From Girardia tigrina (taxonomy: Eukaryota): DNA of 54,351 nucleotides. The translations under genes and the position numbers were made by a program. Shown here piece by piece: positions 39,028-51,141 of the stretch (position 1 is the first letter of the stretch; the number at the start of each line of letters is the position of its first letter). The stretch is taken from the NCBI GenBank assembly GCA_001938485.1, contig MQRK01197567.1, positions 1 through 54,351 of the forward strand. Direction: 5' to 3'. The notes under the pieces were generated by a model. The model was not told the DNA's origin. It saw nothing but the letters and a program-made list of their open reading frames with translations, and did no database searches.

Positions 39028-40429
39028 TATAAAGGCCCGTGTCAATTAGCATATTAATATTTATAAAAGGATAGGTGCTGCGCCAATTACATACCTGGAA
39101 TGAAGTAGAGAAGAACATGACACATGAATTATTTTTTATAAACATTGGGGAATATGTATAGGTATTTATTTTGCAATATAGAACCCAAATCAAACAGTTT
39201 CCATTTCAATAAAATAAGTTTGATAATTTTCTTTTGGGATATTCTTCCGCCATGGGAAGGTCATCTTGGTTAATCAATGAATAAAAAATCGATACACAAT
39301 CGTAGCAGATTTTGCATTTTTCACCAAGTCTCGGTATATAAACATGTTTTTTGTTTTTGCTTTTCTGTGCATTTAAGGCAATAATAATTGATTTTCAATC
39401 AATTGATCTTGGTATCACAGCAAATCATCGGCATCAATTAATTCATCAGTGCAACAGCAGCTTTTGCTGGAATAATGATGGTTTTGGCCGTTGTTTCTAC
39501 GGTTTCGGCCGGCGTAGGAGCGATTTTAATCGGGTCTTCGAAATCTCTTCCTGAATCTTCAACATTTCTACCTTTCGCCGGAACCAATTCAGAACAGGAG
39601 CAATCCATCTCCGCTTGAAATAAATTATTCTCCCGGATCACTTGAATAAGAGATTCTTTTAAACATAAAAGAAACTCCTTACTTTTTAACGAATTCGGAA
39701 CCGCTGTTTTTCACAATTTTCGATAAACTGTTTTTGAAACATTTTTCAAATTTGTTATGCATATTGTTGAAGGTTAAATAAATATGTTTTAATTCTTTTT
39801 TATTTCAACAAAATTAATTTTTTTAAATAATATATAAATATTTATTATTAAAAAAATAAGTTTTTAATTTTAAATTGTAAATTTCTGAAAAGAAGAGTCA
39901 CTAAAATTTGAGAATAACATCAAAGAATTAAAAATTTTTTTAACGATTTACAAAAATAAGAAATTAATAGTAAAAACTGTTTTTTACAATTATTAAATAA
40001 ATTTCTTGGATAAAAATGTTATTAACAACCATTTGATTAAACACTTTTTCATTCGTCTTTTCAGCTCGAAGAATGTATAGGAAAAGGCAGGGTGTGGGAG
40101 GCTGTGGAAGCCCGCCTTCCCAATTTCGCTTGTAGAATGTAACGTATGACTGAAATTATAAATGTATTTGAATGAAATTTTTAATGTAAATGTATGCTTG
40201 TATGAAGTGAATTAAAAAGCGAACTCTCTCAAACAATTAATCTTTTTTGAAACTGTCTTAAAATTAAATTGATTAATTTAATTTATTTGAATTTGATAAA
40301 AGACAGTGTGTTTCAATATTTTGTTGTTTCTTGCAGATTTTTAAATGTATAATCAGAGATTGATAACAGACTTCTTTCATAAAAATAAATGTTGTGAAAC
40401 TCTTGTGTCCTTAATATAGAAAATTGACT

Positions 40430-41075
40430 TATGTGTATTTGGGCATTATCTTAGAGAAAATATAAATTACATTTTCAAGATTTTCATCTGGACTTGAAAA
40501 TGTAAAAAGAAAATACAAAAAATGGTTAGCGTGAAAAAATTACGGTGGCAAGTTGATGCTCATTTTTGGAATTTACACTCCTTAGACTCCTTTTTAGTGT
40601 CCGGTAGATAGAGAGAGAGCGAGGTTTCGTCAACTGTCATAATGCTGGACACAAAAATATTTCCAATTTGCTCTTATGTAATGGAATTGGCCTGACACGA
40701 ACATAGTCTGTTTTCATATATTTCACTTGTTTGGAAGCGTGGAAGGAACCATGAAAAAAGTTTTCTCTGACTCATATACTTTATTTTGGAATCAAAACTT
40801 CCTTTACTCACGTTCAGACTGTCACCGAGCATTCTTGTTGTGATGCGTCCGTCAAATTCGACAATATTCTCCAATGTTTCTTTTATATTTCCTCAAATTT
40901 CCGAAGGTCTTCCGTACTTTTACTATTAAAAACACTCTATATACCATGCTTAAATTGGGCGATCCAGTCATAAATACTAGTTTTATGATAAGTTTTCCTC
41001 ATGATATACATTTCTCAAATCCTCAATAATTTCACAAAAATCAATTAAATTGATGCATTATTAGACCTTCATTCC
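40430..41075 (-). mobile_element. Mariner transposase relic
   Basis: YDWIAQFKHG..GRP..IVEFDGRITTRML..RKLFSWFLPRF..IMTVDET..ESKE and a DNA(R)PH-like motif near 40440. Confidence 0.75.
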
Positions 41076-42913
41076 GTGTATTTAATTGGCGCTTTATGTA
41101 CATAAGAAATGAGTTATTGCTATAGAAGAAACATGGTTGACGAAAACGTGGTTAGAATTTCGAAAATTCGGCCACCGACGGTTGGGACAAACAACCGGTC
41201 TGTCAAATTAAGTGAATCAAGTCTCTATACTTGAGTAAATATGGAATAAATAACTATTTTGATCAACATTCTTAAGATTTTTTTTATTGTCATATGAATG
41301 TTAGATCTTCTAAAAATTATGGAATATATTCTCAAATCTTAGTATGAAATAAATAAATTACGATAAACAATCATTTGTTTGAAGTAAACGAATTGTGGCT
41401 TTACATCCCTGGAGGATGTGTCACACAGGAGGATGTGACACAGACCCTTCCACAGCCAGGACATTTTTATTCAAGAAATAAAAAATAAGTAATTAATAAA
41501 AGATAACTTTTATTCGCAAAGATAATAAAAATGGTACAGATAATAATTACATCAAGGTTTACACAAAATAATTAAAATTATTATCATAAATTTTTTAAAT
41601 TGAAATTTTAAAGGGAATCAATTATCTCCAAAATTGATCCGATTTATAATTATAATAACGTTTAATTATAATAATATTCCTAAAAAGTAAAATAACATTC
41701 AAATAAATAAAACATTATAAAAAATAAAAAATAAAAAAAATTATTTCTGAGTTTATTTGATAAAGAAAATAAACAATTATTTCTTTTTTTTGATTGATCA
41801 ATAGAAAAAAAGATTTCTTTTTTACCGATATTTAATCAAAGAATTTATATTTATAAAAAATATTATAATTTTATTTTTTTCTTAAAACTAATTTGAATAA
41901 ATTTTTCTTAACGAAAAAAAATCACTTTTTCTATAACATAATACATCTAATATTTCATTTTAATTCAAATATTTTAATTATTTATATTTTTTTGTTAAAA
42001 TTTAAATAAACAATTATTATTTTTTTAAAAAAATTATTTACATAAGATTAAATGAAAAGATTTATATTTATTTTAAATAATTTATTTAAAAATATAAAAA
42101 TTAAAGTTTAAAGAAAAATTTTATCTTTTTAAAAAATATTTTCTCATTATTTTATTAAAATGGAAATAATGTTTTTGTTTTTTTAATAATTTTATTTTTT
42201 TAAAAATAATTTAAAAATAAAATAAATTTAATTATGAAAAATCAATTAATTTTAGTTAAAATTTTTTTTATTATTAAATAAATTAGCAATTAAATATATT
42301 TAATTTGAGTAGTAAAAGTAACCTTAGGTTATTCTTTTTCAGTCGACTTAATTAACAGGAAAAGCAAAAAATATCAATTAATTTAATTAGGTATTTTCAA
42401 TTAAAAACAAATATAAGTAATAGAGAACCGAATTTTAAATCATATTTCTTTAGGGTTTCAAAATAATATTGAAACATTTATTAATTATAAAAAAGTAGTT
42501 TATTATTCATTTAATTCTAAATAATATTAACAAATTTATTAAAAAAAATGGTTACATTTATTATCAGCTCCTCAGATTTCACTAAAAATTAAAACATGAT
42601 TCAGAGCCGACCATAAGATTAATCAAAGGGTTTCTTCTGTCCAATGTTGCTTTATACTGAATAAATTGTTTTTCTCAGGGGTTACAAATTAATTTACAAA
42701 ATTATAATGTAAGAGTCGTAATTTTGAGTCCTGTTTTTTTACAAAAAAATAAAGTCAATATCTTAAAATATATTTTTGTAGATTCCAGAATATATTATTG
42801 TTACTATAAAGAAACAGAGGTCATAAAATAGTCTGTGTATAAATGAATCTTCACTTCAGTCGAATAATACAATAGTTTGAAGGATATTGTATGGAATGAT
42901 TTCGATTGTGATA

Positions 42914-44253
42914 CAGGGTTTTACCTCTCATTTCGTAATAGAGGAAACGTCATTTTGTAATAAAAAAGTTATAAAATTTCTAAAATAAAGATTTTAAAAG
43001 CCATTTTACATCAATAACAATTATTATGCAAAATTTAAGTAAAGTTTTTTGTAACATTTTAGACATCCTTAATGGCAATATCAAACGAAATGAGAAAATA
43101 AATAGTGGATGCTTACGATTCAGGCAAATCTATTAAATCGATTGCAGATATTTTTAATAAGCCATACACTACCGTAGCGTCGATCATTACGGTATATAAA
43201 GAAGAAGGCCGTTATGAGAAAAAATTAAAAGGTGGACAAAGGAAAAAAGCATTAAATTCAGAGCAAGCAGCATTTATTAAGACATGTATTGATTTTGACA
43301 GCCGCATCACCTTAAAATAATTAAAGCGAAAAATTACCGAAAAATATAATAAAACTGTAAGTGAAAAAACTATCGGGAAATATATTAAAGACTTCTCATA
43401 CACTTTAAAAAGAGTGACACTTATATCTGCGCGAAGAAATAATCCGCAGGTTGTTGATCAAAGACAAAAATACAGAGAAAGTTTTTATGAAATACTCACT
43501 CAATCAAATCCGAGGAATATAATATTCATTAACGAAGTGGGTTTTAATGTGATAATGAGGAATAAGATTGGGTGCTCATTGAAAGGAACACCTGCTAGTT
43601 ATATTGTGCCAGATATGAGATCTAAGAATATTTCAGTCTGTTGTGCCATGAATAAGCACTGCATTTTAAAATATGTAGTTCAAGATAAGCCCTTAGAAAG
43701 CAGAAGTTTTTGCATATTTATTAAGCAGTTATTTGAAGAAATTTTAGAGCACAACGCCGTAATAGTAATGGATAATGCATCTTTCCATAAGCATACCAAT
43801 ATCAAAGAAATTTTTAACAATTCATCAAACAAGCTTGTTTTTCTTCCACCATACTCTCCGTTCTTGAATCCTATCGAGAATATGTTTGCAAAGTGGAAAT
43901 TACTAGTTGCAGAATCTCGTCCTAATAATGACGAGCAATTATTGAATAGTATGAGGAATGTTGCTAGCCTAATAAGTGAGATGAATTGCAATGGTTATTA
44001 TAGCAATATGATGAAATTTTTGCCAAAATTTCTACGTTCGGAACCAATTATTGATGGAAACTAAATAAATATTTTATATTAAGTATTGTGACTTTTTTAT
44101 TTTATGTTAAAATTTTATGAAGTTTATAAATGAATAATTGAACTTTATTTTTGGTTTTTTTATTACGAAATGACGTTTCCTCATTTACGAAATGACATTT
44201 CCTTTATTACGAAATGAAATTTCCTCTATTACGAAATGAGGGGTAAAACCCTG
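42914..44253 (+). mobile_element. Full-length IS630/Tc1-type (DD34E) transposon with TIRs and TA target duplication
   Basis: TA|CAGGGTTTTACCTCTCATTTCGTAATAGAGGAAA at the left end and TTTCCTCTATTACGAAATGAGGGGTAAAACCCTG|TA at the right. The right end carries about four tandem 21-bp subterminal repeats (TTACGAAATGACGTTTCCTC-like). Confidence 0.95.
43072..44064 (+). pseudogene. IS630/Tc1-family transposase with two premature TAA codons and first catalytic D changed to N
   Basis: A single frame from ATG 43072 with TAA at 43099 and 43318. It contains an HTH, KGG, IIFINEVGF (DE to NE), VMDNASFH and LPPYSPFLNPIE, with 34 residues between D and E. Confidence 0.9.
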
Positions 44254-45479
44254 TACTTATGTCGTAAACCAAAAGTCCATTTATTATTTTAATTTATTAT
44301 ACAAGTTTTTGGATCTGATTTGGTTGAGTCGACGGCGAATGATTCGGCTTTGATTGACTTGACGGTGATCGATGGGGAGCCGGTCTCTGACAGTTGATTG
44401 GCAGGTGACTTGGAGAGTTACAATTCAGACGTGTATCCAGGATGTCGTCACTGTTGACTTCAATAAAACAATTATTATCACAATTATTAGATATTTGGTC
44501 ACTGTTTTTCTATAAATAATAATATTGGATTTTAATATATAAATATATTTATAAATACCAATGTAATTTAATTTTTTGGTCATTACACAAGTATTATTAA
44601 GAATAATATTGATAGCACATTTAAATTATAAAAAGACAAAAATCAAAACTCATATTTCTTCAATATAAGCACCTGGATCTGAAATTTTTAATAAGAAAAA
44701 TTTGACTGAACTTTGACAATATTGCCGTTAGATGGTATAGTTTACAATTTATACAAAATTTATTTCAATCATCAATATCCAAACATTTGATCTTAATGAC
44801 AAATATGTGACAGTTACTTCATAGAAATATATGGACAGACACAATTTCAAAAAGACATCAGACATTAAGTGAAAACAGTCAAAGTTCAAAAAATAAAATT
44901 ATTAAATAAAAAATTAAGTCGAACAATCATAAATGGCAAACCTAAAGGCGAAGAAGGAGAATCAGATCAAATGAAATGTAAACAAGAAGAAACTAAATTT
45001 TTAAATCAGCTGAATTGAATTTGCTATCGATGAGAATTTTTAATAATAAATACGAAAGTGGATATAATAAATCTGGCAACAGAACAATAACCACTCGGAC
45101 AAAAACCCGCATGAACAAAAATCTCCCTAGGTAAATTTAAGAATGTATAAATAATATTTCTTTTTAAATTAAGATTTTTTAAAAATATATAAAACTAAAT
45201 GTTATGATAATAATGATGACGTTGCTATTCCTATTTTCATCCCAGAGTTCATCTCACTAATTGCGTCATATATTAATTAGTTTATTAATACATCAACAAA
45301 TCGTGAGACAAATTTGTTTATTGAAAATAAAATATCTCACTTACGCAGCATTTTTATGTTTGCTTAATGGTATATCTGATGATTATTAGACAAATTGATT
45401 GAGAATCAAATCAATCGACAATTTTTTCGTTACTCATATGGAAAATCATTTGACTTTTTAAGAATTTGCAACCACCAGA

Positions 45480-46378
45480 ATTAGGGCACAAATGATACTA
45501 TAAGAATGAACAATGGTGTGAATGTTTTACAATCTGAAAAGGCTTGGTCAATCCAAAGTGTGCTTAAAAAAAGGATTGATAACAATTTTCCATTGGTGTT
45601 TTGAGGTGGCAAGCGGGGATTACTGATAAGGGATCCCATAATATTCTACATCCACACATCGAACTTTAAATTTGAAGGCTTTTTTAAAAATACGAAAGAT
45701 TGATCTTATTGTCATTCCAGCTGGAATCATTGCATATATGCAATTGATGGACATTGTCATAAAGAAGCCATTCAAAGATAATTTAAGTGAAGAAATTAAC
45801 AACTACATTAAATACAGCATGGTAAAAAATACCCGTGGAAATCTAAACAAACCTACAATCGATGAAGTTACAGGATGAATTACTACAGCTTGGACCATGA
45901 TCACCCCGGAGATAATACAAAGTGGTCTTCTTGCATCATATTTAGTGTCTGATCAAAGCTTTTCAGAAACTTTATTCACAAACATCAAATTTATAGTAAG
46001 AAAATTACAAATACTTTGGAAAAAACAACAAAACCAGTCCGTAAATTAGAGAGATTTGTTGAGGATGTTGACTTGCATGAGGAAACTGTTATTTTGGAAT
46101 AAATTTTGTTATTTATCGTTAGACTTATTTGTTGAACTTATAAGATATTAAATTTATTATGCTTATTGTTGATATGTTATATGTTGATGTATTATAAATA
46201 CAATTCTAATATACGACATTTATTTAAATTTTTGCTATTTTTTAAATAGTTTTTATTAATTTTCAAAAAATATGTTTTAATAAAATTTAATACATAGTAC
46301 TAACTCATTACAAGCCACCATCGCTTTTTTTGTTAAAAAAAATAATACAAGTCATGGCTTATAATAGGGAAAACACGG
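45480..46378 (+). mobile_element. pogo-family (DDE_1) transposase 3' part plus right TIR
   Basis: IDLIVIPAGIIAYMQLMDIVIKKPFKD..RGNLNKPT..AW. The terminus is GGCTTATAATAGGGAAAACACGG|TA. Confidence 0.85.
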
Positions 46379-47179
46379 TAATTCGCGGTCGTCCATAACT
46401 ATTACAGTTTATGAGAGCGGCCTATAGTTCAGAACTTAGACCAAATATTATTTTCTCAATACGAACTTTTCGATTGAAACTTATGAGATTTTTAATATTG
46501 ATTTTGACTCGTTTCACGATCTGAAGATACTCACGAAGTGATTATTCAATAACGTAATAATTCCCTGGAAGATATGTATGGTTGAGTTTTATATGCTCAT
46601 TAGAAGACATTAAATGAACTGAAAATCAACATTAATCTTACGAACATTGCAATCAATGGACCACGAAAGAGACAGGTGATCGTCAATCAAGACAAATAAT
46701 GAAAACTAAATGAAAGTTACAATGTTAGCATATCCTTAGAAGACATTTGAAGAAAAAAATTTTTTATGTTGATTTGTGTCCATTTTAGCAATGAATGTAC
46801 ACGGTATATAAATAATACAGCAAATTATAAACTTTCTTCTTTTCGAGAGATTTTGATCGAACTTTTCGTTCTTGGGTTTTGTTAATTTTAAATAATTTTC
46901 ATCATTTTAAAATAGATAAATATTAAAAAAGAAACAAGTAAAATATCTATAATTTCTTTTTCATTTATATCCATTAGCTTTAATTTTGAATGTTAAGACT
47001 TCCTGATTGTTCAACTCCTTACAGACTAATCTGTGTCTAAGTCTTTTCTTCTGTGAATTTCTGGCACTGGCGCGCATTGTCCATCCAATTGCAGTCGCAT
47101 ATTTTATGTTAATAATTGATATATTATAATATAAAATTAATTTTTAACACATTTAAATTCTCATAACGATAGTGATCAA

Positions 47180-47515
47180 GGAATCATTTCGAACGAGGTA
47201 TTGGCTTTTTGGCTGAATAATGTTACGGGTAGACGGATATTCGGATGTCACTTTCCTCGTTGCACTAAGTACACTTATATAGACAAAGCCGTGCTAAATT
47301 ATGGTACAAGAGATCATGATTGGTTATTTTCAGATGCAAACTGAAACGTGCCCATGCACTTAATACTTGCATCCAAAACCGTGTGAGAGGATTAGAAACT
47401 GTTGAATTTTTTGAGGTTTCCAACCGATACAGAGTATATGATTCACCACCCTGTGCATCAATGCACCGTAGCTTTCTGTATATACCCATTTATTCGTCTC
47501 AGTCGGGCGAGACTT
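47180..47515 (-). mobile_element. Probable L1/Tx1-like ORF2 fragment
   Basis: PLTRFWMQVLSAW resembles the post-RT FWxxVLxAW motif of L1/Tx1 elements. Confidence 0.4.
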
Positions 47516-47529
47516 AATTGGAAAAACTA

Positions 47530-48060
47530 CTATTTAAATTTTAATAACAACACTCATGCATTTAAAAATATATTTCAAGACAATATATTTCGACGGATCT
47601 ACCGTCATCTTCAGGTCACTAATTAATAATCAATTCACCTGTATATAAATACAAAAAATGATGATTATGTAATCGATTGCATGAAATCGCGCTAATCAAA
47701 AATTCTCAATAAGCTGGTTGAGACTGCCGATTGAACATTGATTTTAGGGCAACGTGACCTAATTAAAAATGCTTCACATGACACTCTTTCCAATAACTAT
47801 CAATATGCTTACAGATAATTTTGAAATTATCAAAATTAACATCACATTTACATTTTTTCCTATGTAATAATTTTTAAATTTAATTCATTGTTAGTTGCTT
47901 TTAGCACTGCATTTTAAAGTTTTTAAATCCTTCAGAATAAGGTACAATTAAATAATATTTAGGCATATTATTAATATCTAATGATCCTTCAATTTCTTTC
48001 TTAGATCCATCAGGAGAAGCCAAACTCTGATTTTTCGAAAAATCTTTCAAAAGTACCTAC
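47530..48060 (-). mobile_element. Inverted, internally deleted Penelope-like copy
   Basis: The reverse complement matches 49097-49760 with deletions (EIEGSLDINNMPKY..., 3' UTR). Confidence 0.85.
47579..47617 (-). ncRNA. Minimal type I hammerhead ribozyme
   Basis: Minus strand GAC-CTGAAGA-T-GACGG-TAGAT-CCGTC-GAAA-TATA-TT-GTC has all core nucleotides, a 5-bp stem II, a palindromic ATATAT stem III and a GAC/GTC stem I. Confidence 0.85.
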
Positions 48061-49127
48061 TTTTCTAATTATACATATCTACTTATAACGTACAGAATGA
48101 AGGTTATTAAGAACATTTAGACAAGTCGCGTTTGAACTTTTCTTACAATCACATTTAGAGTCATTATGAGTCTCAGAAAGTCTTTCATCATTTGTCATCA
48201 TTCTAATCGATTTTCTTATTTTTATTTTTAATCATGATTATTCGAACAATTTTTCTAATTCATTTTTTTAAAATATATTAATTAATATTAATTAAAAATA
48301 ATAAATTTTACCATTTCTTAATAAACCCCAAAATAATAAAAATGACATCAAATTATTAAAAATACATTTAATTTAAATTTTACCAAAAATATTAAACTTA
48401 ATTTTAATTGTGCAATTAAAAATATGAACTTATTAAATGATTATTTTAATTATGTTCGAATAGTCAATCACTTTAAATTTAAATAAAAAATACCAATTTC
48501 CATCTGGGTGGGAGAATCACCATTCTAAATTCAACATACCTAAATCAACATACAGCATCACTACATTTACACATTCAAACAATTTAAAATATTCCTCACA
48601 AAGGTGAAGGTGAAATCGAAGGACCATTAGACATTAAAAATATGCCTAAATATTGTTTAATTGTACCTCATTCTGAATGATTTAAAAACTTTAAAAATGC
48701 ATTGTTAAAAGCAACTAACAATGAATTAAATTTAAAAATTATATCACGATCTCATAAAATTCAAAATATGTTCAGTAATAAATCTATTNNNNNNNNNNNN
48801 NNNNNNNNNNNNNNNNNNNNNNNNNNNNNNNNNNNNNNAATTATTAAAAATACATTTAATTTAAATTTTACCAAAAATATTAAACTTAATTTTAATTGTG
48901 CAATTAAAAATATGAACTTATTAAATGATTATTTTAATTATGTTCGAATAGTCAATCCTTTAAATTTAAATAAAAAATACCAATTTCCATCTGGGTGGAG
49001 AATCACCATTCTAAATTCAACATACCTAAATCAACATACAGTATCACTACATTTACAGATTCAAACAATTTAAAATATTCCTCACAAAGGTGAAGGTGAA
49101 ATCGAAGGATCATTAGACATTAAAAAT

Positions 49128-49613
49128 ATGCCTAAATATTGTTTAATTGTACCTCATTCTGAAGGATTTAAAAACTTTAAAAATGCATTGTTAAAAGCAA
49201 CTAACAATGAATTAAATTTAAAAATTATATCACGATCTTATAAAATTCAAAATATGTTCAGTAATAAATCTATTACACCTTTAACACTTTGTTCTAATAT
49301 TGTTTATGAATATACATGTAATGGGTGCGATGCCACATACATTGGAGAGACTGCCCGTAATCTCTGTAAACGAATTCAAGAACATAGTCAAAAAGAGAGT
49401 AAGAGTAATATTGCAGAACATAGTAAAAAATGTAAATGTGATGTTAATTTTGCTAAGTTCAAAATTCTGTGTAAGCATTTTGACAGTTATTGGGAGAGAG
49501 TGTCGTGTGAAGCATTGTTAATTAAGTCACGTTTCCCTAAAAGCAATGTTCAATCGGCAGTCTCAAGCAGCTTATTGAGAATTTTTGATTTCATTTTGAA
49601 TTTTATAGCATGA
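49128..49613 (+). CDS. GIY-YIG endonuclease domain of a 5'-truncated Penelope-like element (uninterrupted frame)
   Basis: NIVYEYTCNGCDATYIGETARNLCKRIQEH..SNIAEH..EALLIK..N contains VY/YIG, catalytic R, E and N, and the PLE CCHH zinc motif. No RT is present upstream. Confidence 0.85.
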   Translation: MPKYCLIVPHSEGFKNFKNALLKATNNELNLKIISRSYKIQNMFSNKSITPLTLCSNIVYEYTCNGCDATYIGETARNLCKRIQEHSQKESKSNIAEHSKKCKCDVNFAKFKILCKHFDSYWERVSCEALLIKSRFPKSNVQSAVSSSLLRIFDFILNFIA

Positions 49614-49682
49614 TTTCATGCAATCGATTACACAATCATCATTTTTTGTATTCATATACAGGTGAATTAATTATTAATTAGT

Positions 49683-49721
49683 GACCTGAAGATGACGGTA
49701 GATCCGTCGAAATATATTGCC
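49683..49721 (+). ncRNA. Minimal type I hammerhead ribozyme in the PLE 3' UTR
   Basis: GAC-CTGAAGA-T-GACGG-TAGAT-CCGTC-GAAA-TATA-TT-GCC, 70 nt after the GIY-YIG stop. Stem I has one mismatch. Confidence 0.8.
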
Positions 49722-50167
49722 TTAAAATATATTTTCAAGTGGATGAGTGTTGTTTTTAAAAGAAAATTATCATCCGGATTTCGTTTTATCAATAACATTT
49801 AAATTCTGTTGTCATAAAATATCAGATCTTATACTTCCTAATCNNNNNNNNNNNNNNNNNNNNNNNNNNNNNNNNNNNNNNNNNNNNNNNNNNTAATATT
49901 GCAGAACATAGTAAAAAATGTAAATGTGATGTTAATTTTGCTAAGTTCAAAATTCTGTGAGCATTTTGACAGTTATTGGGAGAGAGTGTCGTGTGAAGCA
50001 TTGTTAATTAAGTCACGTTTCCCTAAAAGCAATGTTCAATCGGCAGTCTCAACCAGCTTATTGAGAATTTTTGATTTCATTTTGAATTTTATAGCATGAT
50101 TTCATGCAATCGATTACATAATCATCATTTTTGTATTTATATACAGGTGAATTGATTATTAATTAGT

Positions 50168-50206
50168 GACCTGAAGATGACGGTAGATCCGTCGAAATAT
50201 ATTGTC
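50168..50206 (+). ncRNA. Minimal type I hammerhead ribozyme (probably an allelic/assembly duplicate of 49683-49721)
   Basis: Intact motif ending TT-GTC. It lies in a block duplicated together with its flank across a 50-N gap. Confidence 0.8.
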
Positions 50207-51141
50207 TTGAAATATATTTTCAAGTGGATGAGTGTTGTTTTTAAAAGAAAATTATCATCCGGATTTCGTTTTATCAATAACATTTAAATTCTGTTGTCAT
50301 AAAATATCAGATCTTATACTTCCTAATCTCGTCAGATTGCCACTGTAGGAGTAAGAAATTTGTAAAAAATACATAAAACTCTCCTTGATTTAAAGTTGCC
50401 TCTTGTCTATTAATTTATATTTCAGAACAATTAGGAATTTCGACCATTAATGTATGATTTTTGGTTTTTAATTAAACAAAGTTGTCTTATGTAGGTACGT
50501 ATTCATATATTATGCAAACCCTAACCGGCCAAAAATAATGTCAAATGTTTTCATTCTGAGATAATTTATTGTGTATGGTCATAAACGAGTATTTGGTAAC
50601 GTACACATGCAGGTTCGTTGATAAAATTAAGTAAGACAGGAGAGGTTGCAAATTTGCAAAAATATGCGTTTAAGGCATATGCATGATATTATCCGATTGG
50701 GCATGAAAAAGATTGGTAATTTAAAAAAAATGACTTTTACAATGGAAAAATAATAAATAATACTTTTTTTATTAAATTTATTTCAATTAAATTTTAAAAT
50801 CCGGTTTATATGGCAAAATAAAAACATTTAAATTGTTTTCAATTTCTAGACGATTGCGATATTTTGCTTTCAGAACTGCAACAGTTGAAAATGCTGTTTC
50901 TTATATATATGTAATTGAGAATGGCAATAAAATCTTTTCTGTCTCATTAAATATCAATGCAAATTTTTTTTTACATCAGACCAAAATTGAAATATACTCT
51001 TTCATTTGAAGCTAATTTTCAGTTCATTGGAATTCACAACATCCAATAAATCTTTTTTTGAGTTGAATTGATAAATTGGAAAAAGAGGTCGCGAAAGGAT
51101 TTCTTACCCTTTCATTTTCATCCATTTCAATACAACTTAGG

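Noticed and set aside
44160-44245. Regular 21-bp repeats (also the arrays at 24850-25040 and 29495-29715) as CRISPR-like arrays
   Set aside because: They are contiguous tandem units with no unique spacers and no cas genes. They are transposon subterminal repeats or minisatellites.
42914-44253. Fanzor/TnpB cargo in the IS630-like element
   Set aside because: The transposase fills the element. There is no room for such a gene and no RuvC/zinc-finger motifs were seen.
17328-45878. TGA at conserved Trp positions (fascin PW, Tigger, pogo), suggesting TGA=Trp recoding
   Set aside because: TAG and TAA also replace Trp codons in other relics (Tc1 at about 4630, 6625 and 6735), and TGG is used freely. 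This fits G-to-A decay in pseudogenes.
48350-50328. Apparent tandem PLE 'pseudo-LTR' repeats (48350-48788/48839-49274 and 49406-49843/49894-50328)
   Set aside because: Both flank 50-N gaps and include non-PLE flanking DNA, so they are most likely assembly duplicates. Long reads are needed before calling a tandem hammerhead pair.
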